Made by a program: the position numbers and the translations under genes. A DNA stretch of 64,000 nucleotides, taken from IMG/VR virus record IMGVR_UViG_3300045988_167643; one strand, given 5' to 3'. The DNA comes from a virus. Below, in pieces: positions 61,682 to 64,000 of the stretch. Below the pieces are notes generated by a model, which had not been told where the DNA came from, made no database searches, and worked only from the letters and a program-made list of their open reading frames with translations. Position 1 is the first letter of the stretch, and each line of letters begins with the position of its first letter.

Positions 61682-62401
61682 ATGGTGTATTTAGTATACG
61701 AAAATTTAAAATATAAAGGGAGAATGAAAATTATGGGATCAGAGAAATGGAGCAAGAATGAGAAACTTACAGAAGATGAGGTAAATAACATAGTTGACTT
61801 TTTCTACAAAGACAAGAGAAAGGAACTTAAAAAAATTTGCAACCAGATACTTCATATAATTTGGAATGATATTCCAGATTATTACAGAGATGATTTTGAA
61901 TCTTTGGCAGGATATATTATTACATTTTGCTTAGAATCTTATGATCCAACTACTGGTCCATTTAGAGCGTATGTATATCCATATATGCAAAAGAAATTTA
62001 TCAGTTATATTTATGGAATTAATTCTCTTAAACGTGGTGGTGATGGAAATTGGGATTCTGAAAAACGTGATGAAAATGGTAAAAAAGTTAAGAAAAGCGT
62101 GAAAGTAAAATTTGTCAATATAGATGACAAGGTAAAGGAAGATTCAGACTCTACATATGCAGATATTATCAAAGGTGGTAAATCTGTTGAAGAAATTATT
62201 TTTGAGGATAAAAAAGATTCAAAACTAGAAGCATGTATTAACAAGCTTAATAAAACACAAAAGAAAATAGTTTCTCTGATGATTGATGGCTACAAGCCGA
62301 ACGAGATTCAAGAGGAATTGCAACTTACTAACAAACAGTACTTTGATTATGTAACCGACATGAGAACTTCAGAATTTAGATTAGCATTGGAGGAAGACTA
62401 A
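61682..62401 (+). CDS. sigma-70-family (ECF/late-type) RNA polymerase sigma factor
   Basis: Region-2-like GPFRAYVYPYMQKKFISYI. Region-4 HTH LNKTQKKIVSLMIDGYKPNEIQEELQLTNKQYFDYV. The likely true start is the ATG at 61733, 9 nt after GGGAGA. Confidence 0.7.
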   Translation: MVYLVYENLKYKGRMKIMGSEKWSKNEKLTEDEVNNIVDFFYKDKRKELKKICNQILHIIWNDIPDYYRDDFESLAGYIITFCLESYDPTTGPFRAYVYPYMQKKFISYIYGINSLKRGGDGNWDSEKRDENGKKVKKSVKVKFVNIDDKVKEDSDSTYADIIKGGKSVEEIIFEDKKDSKLEACINKLNKTQKKIVSLMIDGYKPNEIQEELQLTNKQYFDYVTDMRTSEFRLALEED

Positions 62402-62403
62402 TT

Positions 62404-64000
62404 ATGTTATGCATCAGACCAAACAAAAACGAAAAGATGGTAAGAGACCAGAAGTTTCTTAAAACTCTTCTTGGTAAGTTGGATAGAGGTGAAATTAGAA
62501 GAGACTTTTGGCTGCAGAGAAAATCTACTCAGTGGAATAATCAGATTCGTGACCAGGCAATTGTAACAACTGTACAGGGTGAAGATATTGATCCAGTAAA
62601 AATCTGTGAAGAAATTCGAGAAGGCAAACCATCTCAAAAGTGGATTGTAGATGGTGGAAACAGATTTGAAACATGGAATAATTTCTATAATAATGTGTTT
62701 GCTCTTGGGAAAAATCTTGAAAATTACATTGTTCCATACGAGTCAACAAAAAAGGATGAAAACGGAAATGTAGTTAAAGATGAAGATGGCTATCCAATTA
62801 TGGAAGAGCTTGAGTTTGATCTTCGTGGAAAACGCTATAAAGATCTTCCTATGGAGCTTAAGGAAAGATTTAATAACTACAAAGTAATTTATGTAGAGCA
62901 TTCAAACTGTACAGAAAGTAGAATGGGGTATCATATTCGAAGATATAACAACCAGAAGAGTATGAATAAAAATCAGAAATCTGTTACATATATGGAGCAG
63001 ACTGCAAAATGGACAAAGGAAATTATGAATTCCAATCCATTCTTTAAAGAGCTTCCGTGTTATCATGGAGCTTCTGAAAAGAACAGTGATCCAGAGAGAG
63101 TAATGCTTGATACTGTAATGATTATCTTTTTTAAAGATGAATGGAAAAGTAATGCAGAGAAAAATGCTTTATATGTGGAAACAAATGGAGAAAAAGAGCA
63201 GTTTAATCTCCTTGATAACTATCTTGGAAGAATGTATGCATTAGTTGAAGACAACGATGAACTTTCAAAACTTTTTGAGAAAAAAGATGCGCCAATGTGG
63301 ATTGCTTTATTCGATAAATTCTCAAAACTTGAAATGGATGATTCTAAGTTTAAAGAGTTTTTAGAGGCATTTATTGGTGGGTTAAGAGAAACCAAAATTA
63401 ATGGAGAATCTTTCGATGAAATTAAGGGAAATAAATCTACAAAGAACAGAAATACAATCTTTGGAAAATTAGAGTATCTTGAATCTCTTATGATGGATTT
63501 CTTCTCTATTAATAAGGAAGATATTGTTGAATCTTTTGGTACTACAGACAGATTTGATGCATTTGCAACAAAATTTGAGAACACAGAGTTAATGGAAGCA
63601 CTTGGCATTCCAATGGGAAGTGATATTGATCGTATTGCTGCACAGACACTTATGACAGTATGTGGGAAGACAGATTTTTCTGATAAGGCAATTCAAGAAT
63701 TTATTACTGCTGATGAATATACAGAAGATAACATTGAGGATGTAGACCTGTACCTGGATGAAGTTAATGAATGGAGTCTTGAGCTTCCAGCCGGTACTAC
63801 ACTTCTCAAGGCAAAATACGTTCCTGCAATGGTAGGATTCGTAAAATATACATATGATAACGATACAAATACAGATGCTCTTAATTGGTTTAAAGATTAT
63901 GCTTTCCAGTGTACAAAACCAGAAAACGATGTTCAGAAACTTCTCAACGATATGAAGGAAGATTTTAATTCATATTTGACATACAAAGAAAATAAGACAG
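62404..64000 (+). CDS. DUF262-like (ParB/Srx-fold) protein, 3' partial (open to the window end)
   Basis: GGAGGAAGA RBS. More than 530 codons are open. WIVDGGNRFET resembles the DGQQR box. YHIRRYNNQKSMN resembles the second DUF262 motif. Absent from the ORF track because no stop codon falls in the window. Confidence 0.5.
   Translation, partial: MLCIRPNKNEKMVRDQKFLKTLLGKLDRGEIRRDFWLQRKSTQWNNQIRDQAIVTTVQGEDIDPVKICEEIREGKPSQKWIVDGGNRFETWNNFYNNVFALGKNLENYIVPYESTKKDENGNVVKDEDGYPIMEELEFDLRGKRYKDLPMELKERFNNYKVIYVEHSNCTESRMGYHIRRYNNQKSMNKNQKSVTYMEQTAKWTKEIMNSNPFFKELPCYHGASEKNSDPERVMLDTVMIIFFKDEWKSNAEKNALYVETNGEKEQFNLLDNYLGRMYALVEDNDELSKLFEKKDAPMWIALFDKFSKLEMDDSKFKEFLEAFIGGLRETKINGESFDEIKGNKSTKNRNTIFGKLEYLESLMMDFFSINKEDIVESFGTTDRFDAFATKFENTELMEALGIPMGSDIDRIAAQTLMTVCGKTDFSDKAIQEFITADEYTEDNIEDVDLYLDEVNEWSLELPAGTTLLKAKYVPAMVGFVKYTYDNDTNTDALNWFKDYAFQCTKPENDVQKLLNDMKEDFNSYLTYKENKT

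Overview
AT-rich, tightly packed segment of a tailed-phage genome, possibly a phage-plasmid. The background looks low-GC Gram-positive (GGAGG-type RBSs, TTGACA/TATAAT promoters, hairpin plus T-run terminators). Layout: (1) An IS110-family insertion sequence sits at the left edge and appears to have cut a phage endonuclease gene. (2) A leftward (minus-strand) arm runs from 1.4 to 26.5 kb. It holds a protease/scaffold-like gene, a portal-like gene, large terminase, a Zn-ribbon/DUF559-like endonuclease, three tRNA or tRNA-like genes, a tyrosine integrase, a Rha/KilAC antirepressor, HU, a metallophosphoesterase, a ClpP-like protease, an MBL/beta-CASP nuclease, tRNA-Met, and a 928-aa protein with YonO/RdRP-like RNA-polymerase motifs. 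(3) Two long non-coding tracts (21.9-22.7 kb and 24.6-27.4 kb) are dense with palindromes, iteron-like repeats, operators and a GC-enriched leader. (4) A rightward (plus-strand) arm runs from 27.4 to 64 kb with more than 90 mostly small ORFs. Recognisable among them are a HigB/Gp49-like toxin with XRE antitoxins, two HicA-like proteins, a ParB-like protein, a LexA-type wHTH, a second tyrosine recombinase, a MazF-like toxin, a sigma factor and a DUF262-like protein that runs off the window. Best candidates for something new: the YonO-like single-subunit RNAP, a 254-bp imperfect palindrome with an adjacent iteron/AT-rich core, the promoter-leader-micropeptide-terminator unit at 26.8-27.6 kb, a tRNA-like gene with a 22-nt anticodon loop, a duplicated structured intergenic element flanking the antirepressor gene, and a strand- and frame-locked heptamer GTTCGGT clustered at 27.4-42.6 kb. 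All domain calls come from motif reading by eye; no database search was possible.
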